Assembly: GCF_009914755.1 (NCBI RefSeq)
Contig: NC_060927.1
Reading direction: 5' to 3' (one strand)
Length of the DNA stretch: 64,000 bases
Source: the human T2T-CHM13v2.0 reference genome, Homo sapiens
The position numbers and the translations under genes are program-made. Shown piece by piece: positions 1 to 13,909 of the stretch (positions within the stretch are counted from its first letter, which is position 1; the number at the start of each line of letters is the position of its first letter). Below the pieces are notes generated by a model. The model was not told the DNA's origin, made no database searches, and saw only the letters and a list, made by a program, of their open reading frames with translations.

Positions 1-11
1 CTTTGAAATCT

Positions 12-116
12 TTGTGCCTGGGCCTCATGCCAAAACAATTAAGTCAGAATCTCCTGGGCTGGGCCCCAGAGATTGGTATTTTTAAAAGTAGTTTTCTGAT
101 AATTTTAATGTACAGT
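12..116. mobile_element. MER5-like hAT-Charlie DNA transposon fragment
   Basis: gcctgggcctc...aattaagtcagaatctcctggg...ggtatttttaaaag...tgataattttaatgtacag resembles the MER5A/B core. Confidence 0.5.
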
Positions 117-129
117 GATTTTAAAAGCT

Positions 130-585
130 TCTTATTTTGCAATAAGTTTACCTTCACATAGAAGCCATAATGATAATATAGATTTTCTATATATTGCACA
201 CCCAGTTTCCCCCATTAACAACACCTTAAATTACCATGGCACATTTGTCAAAATTAAGAAACTGACATTGGTATATTACTATTAACTAAACTCCAGACTC
301 TATTTGGATTTTGCCAACTTTTTTATTAACATTTTCTTTCTGTTCCAGGATCCAATCCAGTTACTATATTGTGTTTAGCTGTCCTGTCTCATCAGCCTGC
401 TCTGATCTGCGATAATTTCTTAGACTTTGTTTGTTGGAGTAGTACTGGCCAGGTATTCTGAATGTCTCTAGATCTGAGTTTGTCAGCTGTTTTTCTCATG
501 ATAAGACCCCTAGTTTTCATGGGTTTTGGGAGAGAATACCACAGAGGTGAAACACCCTTGACATCTCATATCAGGTTATATTCCA
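130..585 (-). mobile_element. Old L1 3' end (L1MC4/5-like)
   Basis: acattggtatattactattaactaaactccagac...ttctgttccaggatccaatccag matches the L1MC-type 3' UTR read antisense. Confidence 0.6.
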
Positions 586-2699
586 TTTTTGAAAACAACT
601 TCTTGAAGTAATAGTGGCTGGGTAGAGTGGAGCTAGCAGGACCCATCCTACTCTTGAACAGATTGAAGTACGTCAGTCAGTAGAGAAAATCAGGAGGGAT
701 GACATGAGGCCAGCAATGGAGCTGCATCTCTTGCAAATAAATAGTCTCAATTCAAAGTCATGAGACAACAGTTCTATTCCAGGCTCATCCACTAACTAGT
801 TTTTAGGGAAGCCAATCACAGTCTTCTAGTGTTACTTTCTTCATCTGTACAATATAGAAGTTGATATCTGAGTCTTGAAATTATGTGACTCTCAAACTCT
901 GGAATGTGTTTTCATTAGTCAAATATTGTCATCCACAGTTTCATTTCCTAAGAGGAATGTGTTGTAATGCTGAGCAAGATACCCTCAAAATTTCTGGTTT
1001 CTACAAAAGGGCATGTAAGGGAGGCCTCTCTGCTTCACTGTTTGGTACTTAAGACACTTGTATCCTAAGAATGTCAGGTGCCTGGCAGGAAGAAAACAAA
1101 TTGCAAAAACTGAGAAGAAAATTCATCGCATTCATTCATCTTTGTTTCTGGAACTCACTATTTTATTCCTTCCGTTACAATGGATTAAGAAGGAAATGAC
1201 ATAATTTGTTTTTGAAATGTCAGAAGCAGTGCAGAGTTTAGTACTTTAAAAAATAGTTTAATGTTGACCCTGTGCATACGTAAATCTTACCAGAAATGAG
1301 GATGACTGGCTTACAACGTTAGATACTCTAAGTTGCCAATAATTTGTACAGAGCCTGTGATTGCAAAACCACAAACATTTCACAATACTGGAAACCTCTA
1401 ATTAACCATAATAAATGACAGGATGGGTTTGTTTTAAATACATGGTTAATAATGCTTACTGCTTTAAGACCATAAACTGTGTGATTCTCTATGGAGGTGA
1501 CAGAGGTAGGCTGCAAATGGTTTTGCAAAGTACGTTTCTACCTCTGCATGTTAAGTCTGACCCAGAACATTCTACTAATATTGGATCAGCCTCTCATCTG
1601 ACGTAATTTGCCTGTGGGAATTGTATCGGCTGTTAAACTAGCTCCTCTTAGTAGCTGTTTGAAAAAAAAAAGGAAGAAGAAGCACAATTCTGTGGTGTGT
1701 TTCAAATAACTGAAGCCAGTGTCCTAGGTACTGAGACAAGAAAGAATGTCAAACAGGACCTTTAATGTGTATTTATATTTAAACATCAGACCTAACAGAA
1801 AACCCTGAAGCTTTATACAATGATTAGAGCCTTGTAAGATCCTAATTAATGTATTGTCAGGTGAATGGTTGTCCTGGCACTCAAGCTGTTCTGAGGGACG
1901 CAAGGGGTTTCAGGTACCGCCTAGGAAGAATAGATGCAGTTGTAGTGATTCAGTGGCCCATCTGAAAGGGACATATAAAGGCAGCTGTGTCTGGTGTGCT
2001 GTCTTTTCAGACTCACTTGATAATGCTAGTGTCAGTTTCAACTGAAGCGTGTGCCAGATTCCAGACAGCTTGAGCTGGCATTTCAGAGAGGTTAATTGTG
2101 AAACTTGAGAAGAAAATGGGCACATTCTTCCTAAGATGGCTATTCAAATATAGTCTCTTTCCTCCCCCCCAGAGCTTTCTGGGTCTCAGTCTCACTTTTG
2201 TTCTGCTTCCACGTAAAATGCATGAGGAACACTGAGCCTTTTCCCCTTGGCAGCTCCTATATTGCCATCTTTGCTGGGACTGCTTTGCCTTGTTAAAATG
2301 TGCCCCGTGTATTAAAATGGAATTGTCACTGCTGGGTGGTGCAGCGTAACATGGTTTGACACTAAGCGCCGGCAGCTACAGAAAACAGACTTTTATTGCA
2401 TTTATTCTTTCAGAGACGGGAGTCTCTAAAGGCTCACAGCAGACATTCACTTAGTTAAATCTGAATGAACCCAAAGTGAACAATCTACTCTGCTGTCTTT
2501 GTGTTCATAGAAACAGCCCCCATCCAGCTTGATATGGCTGTAAAACAGTGTTAAGAAAAGATGATCACACTTAGAATGCAGAAGGGAGGACTTGAGGCTT
2601 TCAAACAGAACAAAAATATTTTAAGTGGGTGGAGTGGGTTAGCCACTTGATTTTCTTTTTTAGCTTCCTCTCTATTCCCTAAAATGTATTATGTAGAAT

Positions 2700-2701
<2 letters not shown>

Positions 2702-2737
<36 letters not shown>

Positions 2738-2757
2738 CTACACACACACACACACCC
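2702..2757. repeat. Interrupted (CA)n microsatellite
   Basis: Two (ca)n runs, each ending in cccta. Confidence 0.95.
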
Positions 2758-3491
2758 CTAGTATTAGTCTTCATTTATAATTCCATGCCATTTTAAGACA
2801 AAGGATTTGATTTGTAGGACTCTTGCAAGCAAGCTTTAGATTCTTAACTGCCTTTTATCCAGATGAGTACCCAGAGAGAGATTGAACAGGGAGGGGGCTC
2901 TGAGGCATAAACTTTGCATTTTGTAGCTCTCCTGGAATAAAAATTCCATAAAGTAACATCTGTAGTAATTAAGGGCTTACATTTCCTCTCCCATTCATGT
3001 CTCTGCTAGGAGAGAAGGTTATTTTCCCAAAGAGACAATAGTGGATCCTGTGGGAAGAGAGAAAGAACAGAGTTAGAATTCTTTTCTTCCTGGAAATGGA
3101 AATTTTCTACTTAAAAAAAAAAAAAAGATAAAAAAATTGAAAGACTTACAGTAAAAGGTTCCACTGGAAAGGAAACTTGAAAGAGTTAGGAAAATTGTAC
3201 TTAGCTGTTCCTAAATATTTAGAATGAGGAAAGATTCCGCTTGCCTTTCTTATCCAAACATCTTCTGATATAGGGGAACTTGTGAGTGAGTAGTAAACAA
3301 AATGCTGTTTTTGTTTTTATTTTTATCTATTAAAATTGCATAAAGAGTTTTCTTTTTATTTGGACATCAAATTGATTCATTCTGAAGATTTTGTTTTTCA
3401 AAATAATACTTATGTGGATCCATTGGGTCACCTGATGATATACATACTGAGCGTTAATGTTAAGTTAGTTTCCTACACTCTCTTGTCATAG

Positions 3492-3662
3492 CAGGATCAG
3501 CTACTTAAATTAGGGTGAAATATGACAATGTAGATCCCTTTGTTAAAACACTGTTAAGAAGTTCAAGGTGGCAACAGCAGAACTTTAAACCAAGTGCAGG
3601 GTTGTTCTAAGTGTGGGGCTGTGTGTGAAGACATAGGCCTCATTCCTGTAAATTTAGCCCTG
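3492..3662 (-). mobile_element. MER45A-like hAT-Tip100 element
   Basis: ~170 bp bounded by cagg...ccctg; internal ttaagaagttcaaggtggcaacagcagaactttaaaccaag matches the recalled MER45A consensus. Confidence 0.65.
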
Positions 3663-4874
3663 CTTGGCGGTAGAGATTTGTCATATCCATCAATACAGAA
3701 AGATGCACTCTCATCACATGCTTCATAGGAACGTACATCTGAAAACAAAACTTTGTCAGAGAATAATTATAGCTCAAAAATGGAACTCGTTCCTGATATC
3801 ATCTTCAAACTTGTTAAACAAGTGATACAGATGCCCTGACTTCCTCTCTCAGTTAATTTTTAAGAATTTCCCGGGCAAACCTTCCACTGAGCCACATGCT
3901 TGCTCTCTCTACCACATTGTAATAAGGACGCACGCCCTCCAAGCTGCCCAGCTCAGCCCCCTGCCCTAATTACTTCGCCAAAAGCCTCTCCTAGATTCCG
4001 TGCCTCTTCTCAGCATTTCTCTCACTTCTGGGATTCCTCTCACATTTGAATTCTTATAGCTGTAATAAATATGTATAACTTACTTGACATTTGTTAGCAT
4101 ATTTTTTTTGTATCTTGTTTCCTTTGCCATGTAATATGGTCCTATAATATGGCCATGTAATATGGTCCTGAAATGGACATAAAATTTAAATGTAGGAAAG
4201 TTTTACAACTTGAGTTGATGGGCACCATTCCAAGAAAGCTCATATTAATAACAGCAGAAAATCCAAAATTAAACTTTGCCTTTTGAACACATTTTACACA
4301 TTTCACACATTTCATACACATTCTTTCATGTGTGTGTATGCTGTTTCTTAAATGTATTTTTGCCTCTAGTATACTCTTTGGAAGACTTAATTTTCTTTTA
4401 TCAGAATTAATCCTTAATTATTATCCTCCCCATCCAATTTTATAAAATAAAAAAGGCCAGATATTATTCATTATTTGGAAACTGCTACAAATATTACTGT
4501 ACTTAAGATATGGTAACATTGCCAAAATTTAAATTATGTTGGTATGGCTCAAAATGTTCATGCTTTAGGTTGTATGTGAGATGCCAAAATTTGGCACAAG
4601 AATACCAGTTTAGGAATATTGATAAGATAGTATGAAAAAATAGGATATTGTCCAAAATTCAATATTGAGAAAGTATAGAACCTAAGGTTTGTGTATCTAT
4701 ACCTTCCTTCAACATGTAGGACCCCACCTAACTCTTTGGATGTCTTACATAAAGTGGATTTTCAATAAAAATGTCATAATTTTTATTGACGACTACATTA
4801 CTATACCAATCAGTCCTTTAGGCTGCAAGCCATGCAAATAAAACACATCTTGTCAACCTCTTTTGTGAAATCCA

Positions 4875-5105
4875 TCAGCAGTATAGCTTAGTAGCTATAG
4901 CACAGGCTTTACTGTTGCACAGATGTCAGTTCAAATACTGACTTTTCCTCTTATTGGAAAGGTAGTTTATCTGTTTAAGCCTCAGTGACCTTATTGATAT
5001 GAATGACAATAAAAAGACTTACCCATCAGGTTTGCTAATTCATCATTCAACAGACATTTGTTGAACACTTTCAATTGCCAAATATTGCTGGGTGAATTAA
5101 GATAA
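4875..5105. mobile_element. MIR (+) followed by L2 3' end (-), degraded
   Basis: agttcaaatactgac...aagcctcagt (MIR core), then tcattcaacagacatttgttgaacac (antisense L2 tail). Confidence 0.4.
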
Positions 5106-5367
5106 TGCCGCAGGGTTACCTCTGAACGAGTGCTCAGAATAGAGCCCTCCACATAGACACCTTTCAAAGAGTGAATAATACTTTCTAAGCATTAATGAGT
5201 TTGTGATGTTCTCTTATCAATCTGGTCATCATGTTCATGAAAAAAGTTGGCAATTAGGGTACAATTATCAAATCAAGTATTTCTATGGCTTTCTTGTTTT
5301 CCTTTACTTCTTAAGTTTCTTTTTCTTGACAACCATATATGACCTCTGGTTTACCTTTTTTTCCCAG

Positions 5368-5447
5368 AATGGAGTCTACTGAAAAATGTGAAGTGGTAAT
5401 TCAACATTTTAATGGAAAATATCTGAAAACACCACCAGGCATCCCAG
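5368..5447 (+). CDS. RBMS3: RBMS3 internal coding exon (80 bp, C-terminal part of RRM2; probably exon 6)
   Basis: Canonical cag|A ATG GAG...CCA G|gtaaga. Translates (R)[26 protein letters not shown](A), the RBMS3 version; RBMS1 reads [20 protein letters not shown]. Too short for the ORF track. Confidence 0.96.
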
Positions 5448-8198
5448 GTAAGATATTCACTAATAAGTGACTGAACGATGCCGAGGCTTAAATTGCTCTT
5501 ATTAGAATAAGTACATTGTAAAGCCCTTGTTGATCACTGCAGAGTTGGGGGGTTTGCTTTTCTTAATGTGTATTTTCAAATAATACTGTGTAGCAACTCA
5601 TCTTTCTCAAAAGCTTTTTGGTAATTCTTCTTTTGCTTTTTGAATCTCTGCTGCTAACTTTCTAAAGTGGATTAGAAGAAAACCATAGCAAAGAATAGTT
5701 AAAGAATGATGTGCTGGAAGTGATAGAATTTTATGACTCAGCATTAATATTAAAATTCCAATTTCCAAGTTACAAAATATCCAAACAATGATATTCACAA
5801 TGAATCCCACAAATTGATGCCAGCCCTGAAACATTTCTTACCAGTCCATGACAAGAAAAGCACAGAAACTGAGAGAAAGCATTTAGAAACTAGTATAGCG
5901 ATTTGACAATGTCATGAAATCTGAGTGCATAATTTTCTTTTACAAAAATATCAGTTACTGACAAATTGGAAATTTTAGAAAATACTGTCTATTTATCAGA
6001 GCTAGTTTGAGAAGCCCCAATCTGGACTATCCCAGGGCATTTCACACTTCCCAAGGCAAAATTCCTAAGGTTTTATACACATTATAAAGTGTTCTAATTT
6101 TATGCTATTAAGAATTGCATTAAACATGAAATAATTGGATTTATTATGTGTATCAGAGCTACAAATGCCAGAACTTGAGGCAGTAGTGTATGTGGAAGGT
6201 TTTAATATTAACTAAGTAAAGTTTTAAATATAATTCCAATATAAAAAATTAACAATGGAATGAAGTATTAAACTAAGAAAAATTACGTAAAGATTCATCT
6301 GAATAAGGCAGGTTGGTTTATTTGTTGGTCTTTTATATACAGTTATTCTCAGAGGAGACTAAGGCGACTTCTTCCATCTTACAATATGTGACTTTAATCT
6401 TTTTAAGCTTGATTTCAATACCGTTTGCTGTATAATGCATCTACTATTTAAAACCCATCAGAGAGTTCAGAGGTTGAGCATTTCAGTTCCTTAAAATATA
6501 TTGAGTTTATAGATAAGAGGAAGCATATACAAAAAGAGAAATTTTTTTGTGGAGGGTTTTGTAATGACTTGCTTTTTTTAAGGGGGATGTCAAGAATGCA
6601 GAAAGACCCTTCAGACAGACACTTGCATAATCTGAAAACCTAAAGTAGCTGATTGCTGGCTAATCAGTGAGTCAACATACAGTGAAGACTGTGCCTTGAT
6701 TTGGTTAGCTTCCATGTGTAACGTTCCCTTGGGAACTGACTGCATTATGATCCAATTGGAGACATATGGTGTTGTTAAGAAAAGAGTTAGCAGTTTTCAT
6801 CTCAGCATGTTAGCTGCCCTTGCATTTTAGCAGAAATACTTTTTTTTTTTTGTATAAACAGACATTTTAAGACACTTTACTCAAATCCGTCATCGAGTAA
6901 AGGAGTTGCATTGTTTGTGGACTTTCCTCTTGTTTGTCCTATTTCATCCAACGGATACCTATCTATATAGAAGTTGTTCAAACTAGGTGTAAATTATATA
7001 ATTATATAAAAATAAAAATGAGCACACTGTGTAGAAATTATGAATGATTCAAGTTTTAGCACAAGTCTCAATTTTTTGATTTGTTCAAAATATTGGTATG
7101 TCAAAAAGACGTATTGAAAGCCTTCTTGCCCTGATTGATTTGAAAGTATTTTATTTGGTTTTCCCCAATGAACATATTGCTGACTAATACAATTTAATGC
7201 TGAAGACAAAGAAAGTCACTACAAATCCCCAAATGTCTGGGCATCCTTCCAGAATATGCAGGCTATGATATTAACCTATCTAATATCATAGCTACACCCA
7301 ATGGAAACATTGTGAATAGCAGGAACTTGGTTATGAGTTTTCTCACTCATTTTTATCTCCCGGGAACAAGAAAGACAAAATAATTATGTTCAGTTATAAA
7401 ACTCTTAGGAGAGACAACTGTATGCTTCTGAGATTTCCACTTATCATAATAGAACTAAATACAGAATATTGATCATCATCAGTGCTTGAATCTGCTTATT
7501 TATAAATTACTTTGAAAGTTAGAGTTGAATAAAGGCTTCAAATGCTAAGTAAAGACATTTAATCTTTGATACTTAAATTAGGTGTGGAAGAAAAGAGGAT
7601 ATAATACAAGATATGGGTATTTTGCAAGGTAAAGTAGTAATTTGCCCTTGTTGAGTATAATTACTAAGTCATAACAGGTATAATTACAATTTGGGTATAT
7701 GCTGTCTGCCTTTATTGGTCCTCATTACTTATTACCTGGAAATAGCTGAAATCTTACTTTCAGAAATGTATGTCTTAACCAATATTTGATTCCATATTTA
7801 AGACAGGGAGTAGGATATCACTATGAGCTATGGCATCAGATATTTATACTTTTTTTAAGTGGCCAATTTCCTAATCTTTTTCATTACTTTAGAGAGTGTG
7901 TCTTTGCTTGTGAATATGCTCAACTATAATTGGTGTGACCCACTGAAAACTAAAATACAATTTTTAAAATTTGAAAAATCTCAGTGTTCTGCCTTATCAA
8001 GATTTGACATATTTGAATTCAGAAGTTTGTGGTTTTATAGAACTGCACATTGATTGTTTAAATACATTGCTTTAAGGTCATGTAGATGAGGGACTCACAG
8101 GGATCCAATAATGATGACCTGAGATCCTCGGGTCTTAAGAAAGCTGTGGAAAGATTGAATATGATGTCAATCATCTTCTTCTCATACTAGGGCCCTAT

Positions 8199-8542
8199 TG
8201 TATTAGTTTGTTTTCATGCTGCTGATAAAGACACATCCAAGACTGGGCAATTTACGAAAGAAAGAGATTTATTGGACTTACAGTTCCACGTGGCTGAGGA
8301 GGCCTCACAATCATGGTGGAAGGTGAAAGGCATGTCTCATATGACGGCAGACAAGAGAAGAGAGCTTGTGCAGGCAAACTTCCCATTTTAAAATGATCAG
8401 ATCTCATGAGACTTATTCACAATCACAAGAACAGCACCGGAAAGACCTGCACCCATGATTCAATTATCTCCCACTGGGTCCCTCCCACAACACATGGGAA
8501 TTCAAGATGAGATTTGGGTGGGGACACAGCCAAACTATGTTG
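8199..8542 (-). mobile_element. THE1 (THE1B-like) MaLR solo LTR
   Basis: tgtattagtttgttttcatgctgctgataaagac...gagatttgggtggggacacagccaaac; 5-bp TSD cctat (8194-8198) / cctac (8543-8547). Confidence 0.9.
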
Positions 8543-10980
8543 CCTACATTTAATATAACTCTAAGCAAGTACTGAGCAATTGGTGCCATATTCATACGGT
8601 CTACGTCTCTGTTTAGGCACAGTGTGGGGAAAATGTGCCTGTGTTATTGGGCAAATATAATGGCATTTGGTTTCTGTCACTGTTGACAATGACAATTATT
8701 CTTAAAGGAGATGCAAAGCTAATTATTTTCCTGAGATGATCATCTAGTTTCCAAGTCCCCTACTATGTCATTTCTAAAAAAGAACAAGGAAAAAATCTAT
8801 TTCAACCTAAAATGTTGACATTGCTCTGAATTTCAAATTCTAAAAATTTCATAGTTAAGGAAATTTGCAAGGACATGTAACACTGACCACATTTATGTTG
8901 CTGCCCCATTTCGATTTGAGCCATTGTTGGAATAATTTGCTAATTAAATATGATTCATGTTGGTATTGGGTTCTAATTCCTGACAGATAAGTGAGTTGGA
9001 AGAGAACTTTACAGATATCTTTTTGGAACACGCTTTATTTCTCTGGGCTCCTCCTATTTATTCATAAAAGATCTTTTTTTAAATGAATACATCATGGATG
9101 ATTGATGTCTTTTAGCATATCCCAGAACTACCTCTGTTCATTTTAGATTATAATGTTATCCCCAGATTTTGGTTCCCTGGATCAATGAAGCTAAATATAC
9201 ATGCCAAAAATCAAATTATTGAGTACTAGTATACAGGAAGTTAACAAAGATCAGTCACATGTATTGCTGCTAGCAGATGAGAAGGAGAGACCAAAAGCAT
9301 GTGTTAAATAGTGTCAATCGTTTGAGTGTTGTAGCCATCAGCAGAAAGAGATCATTCAGCGTTTTCTCCCTTACCTAGAGGGAAAAGAAAATACAGCATT
9401 CCATAAATGTTGCATGTCCTACATATCGATCTTGATGTTTTTCTGGACAAAATGAAGGATCATTAGTTGCTTGCCTGCCTAACCCCAGACATTTCTTTGT
9501 CCCGTAATGAATTACACAGCAATGTTGTATAGCCCCAAAGTGTTCCATTTTCAAATCTCTGGCAAAAGCAAAGGGTTAGTTCCCAGACACTTCAGGGATC
9601 TGTGGGGCATGGACTTGAAAGGCTCACTTTCAAAGAGCCCCCAGAGCAGAATGATACACCATGCGGAAAAGGTTTTCACATGTAGGGACATGTATTGATG
9701 AACAGAACATGCAGGCCGGTTTGTAAAAAAATAAATCATGTTTTGCTCCCAAACTAGACATTTGTTTTTTCCTGTAAGCACGTGCTCCTATCAGTGGAGC
9801 AATCTTTTCAGAATAAAATGGAATAACTAACTTCTGGTATGCTTTCCTTACTCTTTACATAATTGTTTCTAATCTTAATTGAACTCTAAGAAGTAAGGAA
9901 AATTTGAGAGAAAGCCTACCACATTATGGGATCTTTAAAAATTTAACAACTCTTGTGACTGACAGAACTTTGCACAAGTAGTTATGTATCAGAGGAATAA
10001 TATTTTTCGAATAAATAAAGCATGGGGCTTTTTGATGCTTTGACATAGTAATTTTAGTGTTGTGTGTTGATGTAAATAACAATGTGTATGACTATGTATG
10101 TATATGAATACTTTATGGGAGCAAGCAAGGAAAAATATTTACAAAATGATTTTTTAAATGATGAACACAAATGTTTGTATAAACTTAACATTCCTGCCAG
10201 AGTAAAATATCGACAACATATTTAAATGCAATTTATCTTAAATTTATCTTATGTGATTCAAAAATCAGAATATTTAAGCAATAGATTTACAAATTTTTAT
10301 CAGTGGGAAATGTTGCAGAGCTTTGCGATCTGTGTTTGCTCAATAGTAACAGTCTATTAAGTCCACAAATACAACTATAGCTGAGAAGAGGTAACAAATA
10401 AAAAATGCTATGGTATATAGTTGGGCAAAAAATATGTCTTGATTGTTCTGCTCAGGTGGCGCATTGCTTCTCTCCAAATGTTTTATCTTTGTGAAACTAA
10501 AGCATCACTTGTATAACATGCTTTGTGAACAATGTAATCCCCAATTGGGTATCATTTTAGATTTTTCACTGGAAAAATTTTTGTATTCTTAATGTTGGTG
10601 ATGTCTTCAGATTATTTCTATGCATCAAACATACTTTGTTGCTTCATGATGAAGAAAACACCTTTAAAATATTATTAGTGAACTTCACAGAGCAGCTGGA
10701 CAACATCATGGTCAATGGAGTCTGAGAATCTATGTGAGTCCTATGGAATTTGATATGGTCAATCAGTTTTCAACCTTTCTATGGAGCCACATCTGACATT
10801 GTGAAGGTAAAAAAGCTGTGTGCTGGTAACTGATTAGATATATAAGACAGAGAGAAGAGGTGATTAAATTTCTAAATCTTTGTATGAGAAGCTAAATAGA
10901 GAAGGAAAAAGTTTCATCTTCAAAAGAATAGAAATAATTGAAATGAGTTTTTTGACAGGGCTACATCTACTCTACCCACC

Positions 10981-11400
10981 TGTGATTTCGGCTGCATATG
11001 AGATGCAACCTAGAAGCATCTTACCTTATGTATCCACCTAGTTTCTTCACTTTTCCACCTCAGGACAAAATTTATAAAAGCTTGCTCAATGAGACAGACA
11101 AACGTCTTCTACAAACTTTGGGGGAGTTATCACCCCCTGGGATAGCCTCCAATCAACAGGGTATAGGAGCCAGAAGATAACATTGGGTCTCTCATCCTTT
11201 GGAAGGATAATTCTGAGTCACATTCTACAGGGTTCCTTGAGAGGTTATCTACAGTGGTCACAAGCTCAATGAGGTTTCCTTTATTAGCATTTTCCCCCTT
11301 CCCTGTCTTTTCCTTTTCTATCATCTCAGCTTCCTGACATCAGCTCCCAATTAAACTACCTTGTCCCTTGCTCTGATTTTGGGGAAAGTCAAATTCAAGT
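10981..11400 (+). mobile_element. LTR16-family (ERVL) solo LTR, degraded
   Basis: gataattctgagtcacattctac...tcagctcccaattaaactacc...ttttggggaaagtcaaattcaag resembles the LTR16 3' half. Confidence 0.5.
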
Positions 11401-13789
11401 TGGGGGTTCTAGAAATTGTGTTAGGGAACTACTTTTTGATTTAAAACCTTTGGCTATAAAGGAAGGTATTCACTTCACTAAAATAGTAAAGTGAATTTCA
11501 TGGCCCAAATGTACTGTTTTTATGACTTTTTGTTTTTTTAAAGAGCAGAGATTATAAATCCCATAGTAGGGTTAATGAAGGTGAACATTAGAGGTAGTAG
11601 TCAGGTAGCAAGCCAGGGTTGAAATTTAGCAAGAGAGGTATGGAAAAAGACAAGAAGGACAAGAAAAAGACAAGAATGGTGGCATGGCCAACTTGAGAAC
11701 AACTGAGGACACAAAGAGTTAGATGGCTGATAAAAATGGAAAAGATTTAGGGCAGCCATAAAGCCAGTAAAGTGAAGGTGAGGTGCAGGCACAGAAAATT
11801 ATCAAACAGAAGGTATTTTTTGAGGTTTTGGTCTTGGATAAATGTAGAGGTGGACATCAAATATGACATCCAATGTGTGAATGCCTACAGCTGGCTGAAG
11901 TCAAGTGAAAAAGATCTTTAGTCGAGCAGCTGGAGGCTTACGATTAGAAGGTTGGAAGGTCTTTCACTATTACCTTAAATTTTATTACTTAATGTCATAC
12001 TTGCCTTGATTGCCTCTTGAAGTTCTAATCTTGGTAGGAGCAGGTTAAGTGAATAGTGACAAAGAGGGTTGTTTTTTTTCTTTATTTATCTGATTTTGAA
12101 TTTTCCAAACCAGAGTATTTTTCATTTTTTGTAGCTCAAGGGCTGTATGCTTAGCTCTGTACATTCTCACTAAATACTCTTTGGAGTTGTATAGTTTCAT
12201 GAATTAAATGACAATCATACATATATTTGCTTTTAATGAACTTTCTGAAGGTATGGGGAGGATGCACAGCTCTGGGTAAACAAGCATGCAACCAATTTTG
12301 GGGAAAACATTGAGGAAAATCTTAAAATATTTTTAAATGTTTTAATTAAAAATATTTCCATATCTAAATAGAGAAAGAAAGCAAGAGTGAGAGAGAGAAA
12401 AATGTTTGTAAGAATAAGAAACTTATTTGAGAAAAATTTCAGTTACATTTTGGAAAGCCTAATTTTTCTAAGACTGCTTTTCAAGGTGTATACTGAAGAC
12501 CTAATTGTAGTTTCTTTAAAGAACTCATTCTTGAACAGTGCAATGATGAATTCTGTTTTCTGGCATGGCAAATGGTCTTGCCTAATTATACTGGAATAAT
12601 GTCTCTAAACTTTTTGCCACTGGAGCTAGTTAAGCACAATGATTATGCAGCACTTTTGCTCCCCCTGCCACGTCTTCACATAAAAAGATAAATGTCTTGA
12701 GAAAAAACAAAAAAGAGAATTTCCAGTCTCTATTATATCCCTTTTGGCATAATATTGTTGCTCATTTCTGCCTAGAGAAAGTACCACATTAACATATTAT
12801 TTCTCTTATAATATTATATAACATACTCTGTAATTTTTAATCAATAAGATATGGTTAATGCTTTCTTGACCATATTTTTTCTATAGTTACATATGAAGCA
12901 CCAATAAGTAGCAGCATAATGTGTCTGGAGTTTCCATTTGGTTCCAGAATTTGATTGATTAAAGTAGTTGTAATTTCATGGGATAGAGAAAAGGGATGAG
13001 GAGGTTTTCTATACATCTCCAAAATCATGAACCACCTTCATAACTTATTTCTAAAATACTGACTCCATTCAGGTCTGCACGAATTTCTGGACTGAAAATT
13101 TCACATAAAAACTTACAAAATAAATAATAAAACACTAATTTTGCTTCTAAGACCATGTTGGGCTTTGCCTTCTGTCAGCATCACTAATGAGTAGCTAAAC
13201 CATTTAGTGTCTGTCCGGATGAGTCCTATTAGGAAGCTGAGGGTTGAGTGGCTTAAGACCAATTAACACACAAGCCAGGGAAACCAAATTGAATAATTAA
13301 GTTCTTAGTGCATTTCAGAATCTAGAATCTCATTTAATAGGATTGATTTAAGAACACATTCTAACCAATTTTTGTATGAATGGATAGTATTCTGAATTAA
13401 ATACTTGCAACTCTCTCCTTGTAACCATCAAAAAGCCTGCTATACATACACCTCATCATTTATGATCTAATTTTTAGAATGATCTAATTTTTAGAATGAA
13501 AAGTCTGCAAAACATAAGAAAATATTTTAAGAGAAATGTGAATGAAAACAGTAGGCAAGCTCTGAACTAGCCATTATGTGTTTATCTTACTAGCTGCTTC
13601 CTCTTATTTCTTACGTCTTTCAGCCCTGAATGATGAATCAATTATTTGAGTAATATTTTAGTTATTTTTCAGTACAAAAAATAAATCTTTCATAGGAAAT
13701 TGGCATGCTTATGAAGGTTCATTTGTCCCATTAGACTGTAGGTTTTTCTGAGAAAGAACTTTGATGTTTATCTCTCCCATCTTCCTTAA

Positions 13790-13902
13790 ACAATTCAAAC
13801 CCTTTGAAAACAAGGACTGCACCTTACTGTTTCTTCCAAACATCTAGCCCAATGCCTGGCACAGAACAATACCAATATCATTTGTTAAATAAATAAGCAA
13901 AT
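13790..13902 (+). mobile_element. L2 3' end
   Basis: catctagcccaatgcctggcacag...atttgttaaataaataa. Confidence 0.55.
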
Positions 13903-13909
13903 ACCTAGT

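Larger units (their letters stand above)
1..5367 (+). other. RBMS3: RBMS3 intron upstream of the 80-bp exon (partial)
   Basis: Ends in a long pyrimidine tract plus CAG (ttaccttttttttcccag, 5367); no other RBMS3 coding sequence recognised. Confidence 0.85.

Noticed and set aside
5335-5339. ATATA RBMS-type motif near the exon's branch region (autoregulation)
   Set aside because: A 5-mer that is ubiquitous in AT-rich DNA; uninformative.
11530-11960. Purine-rich stretch resembling antisense L2
   Set aside because: Too degraded to assign or bound with confidence.
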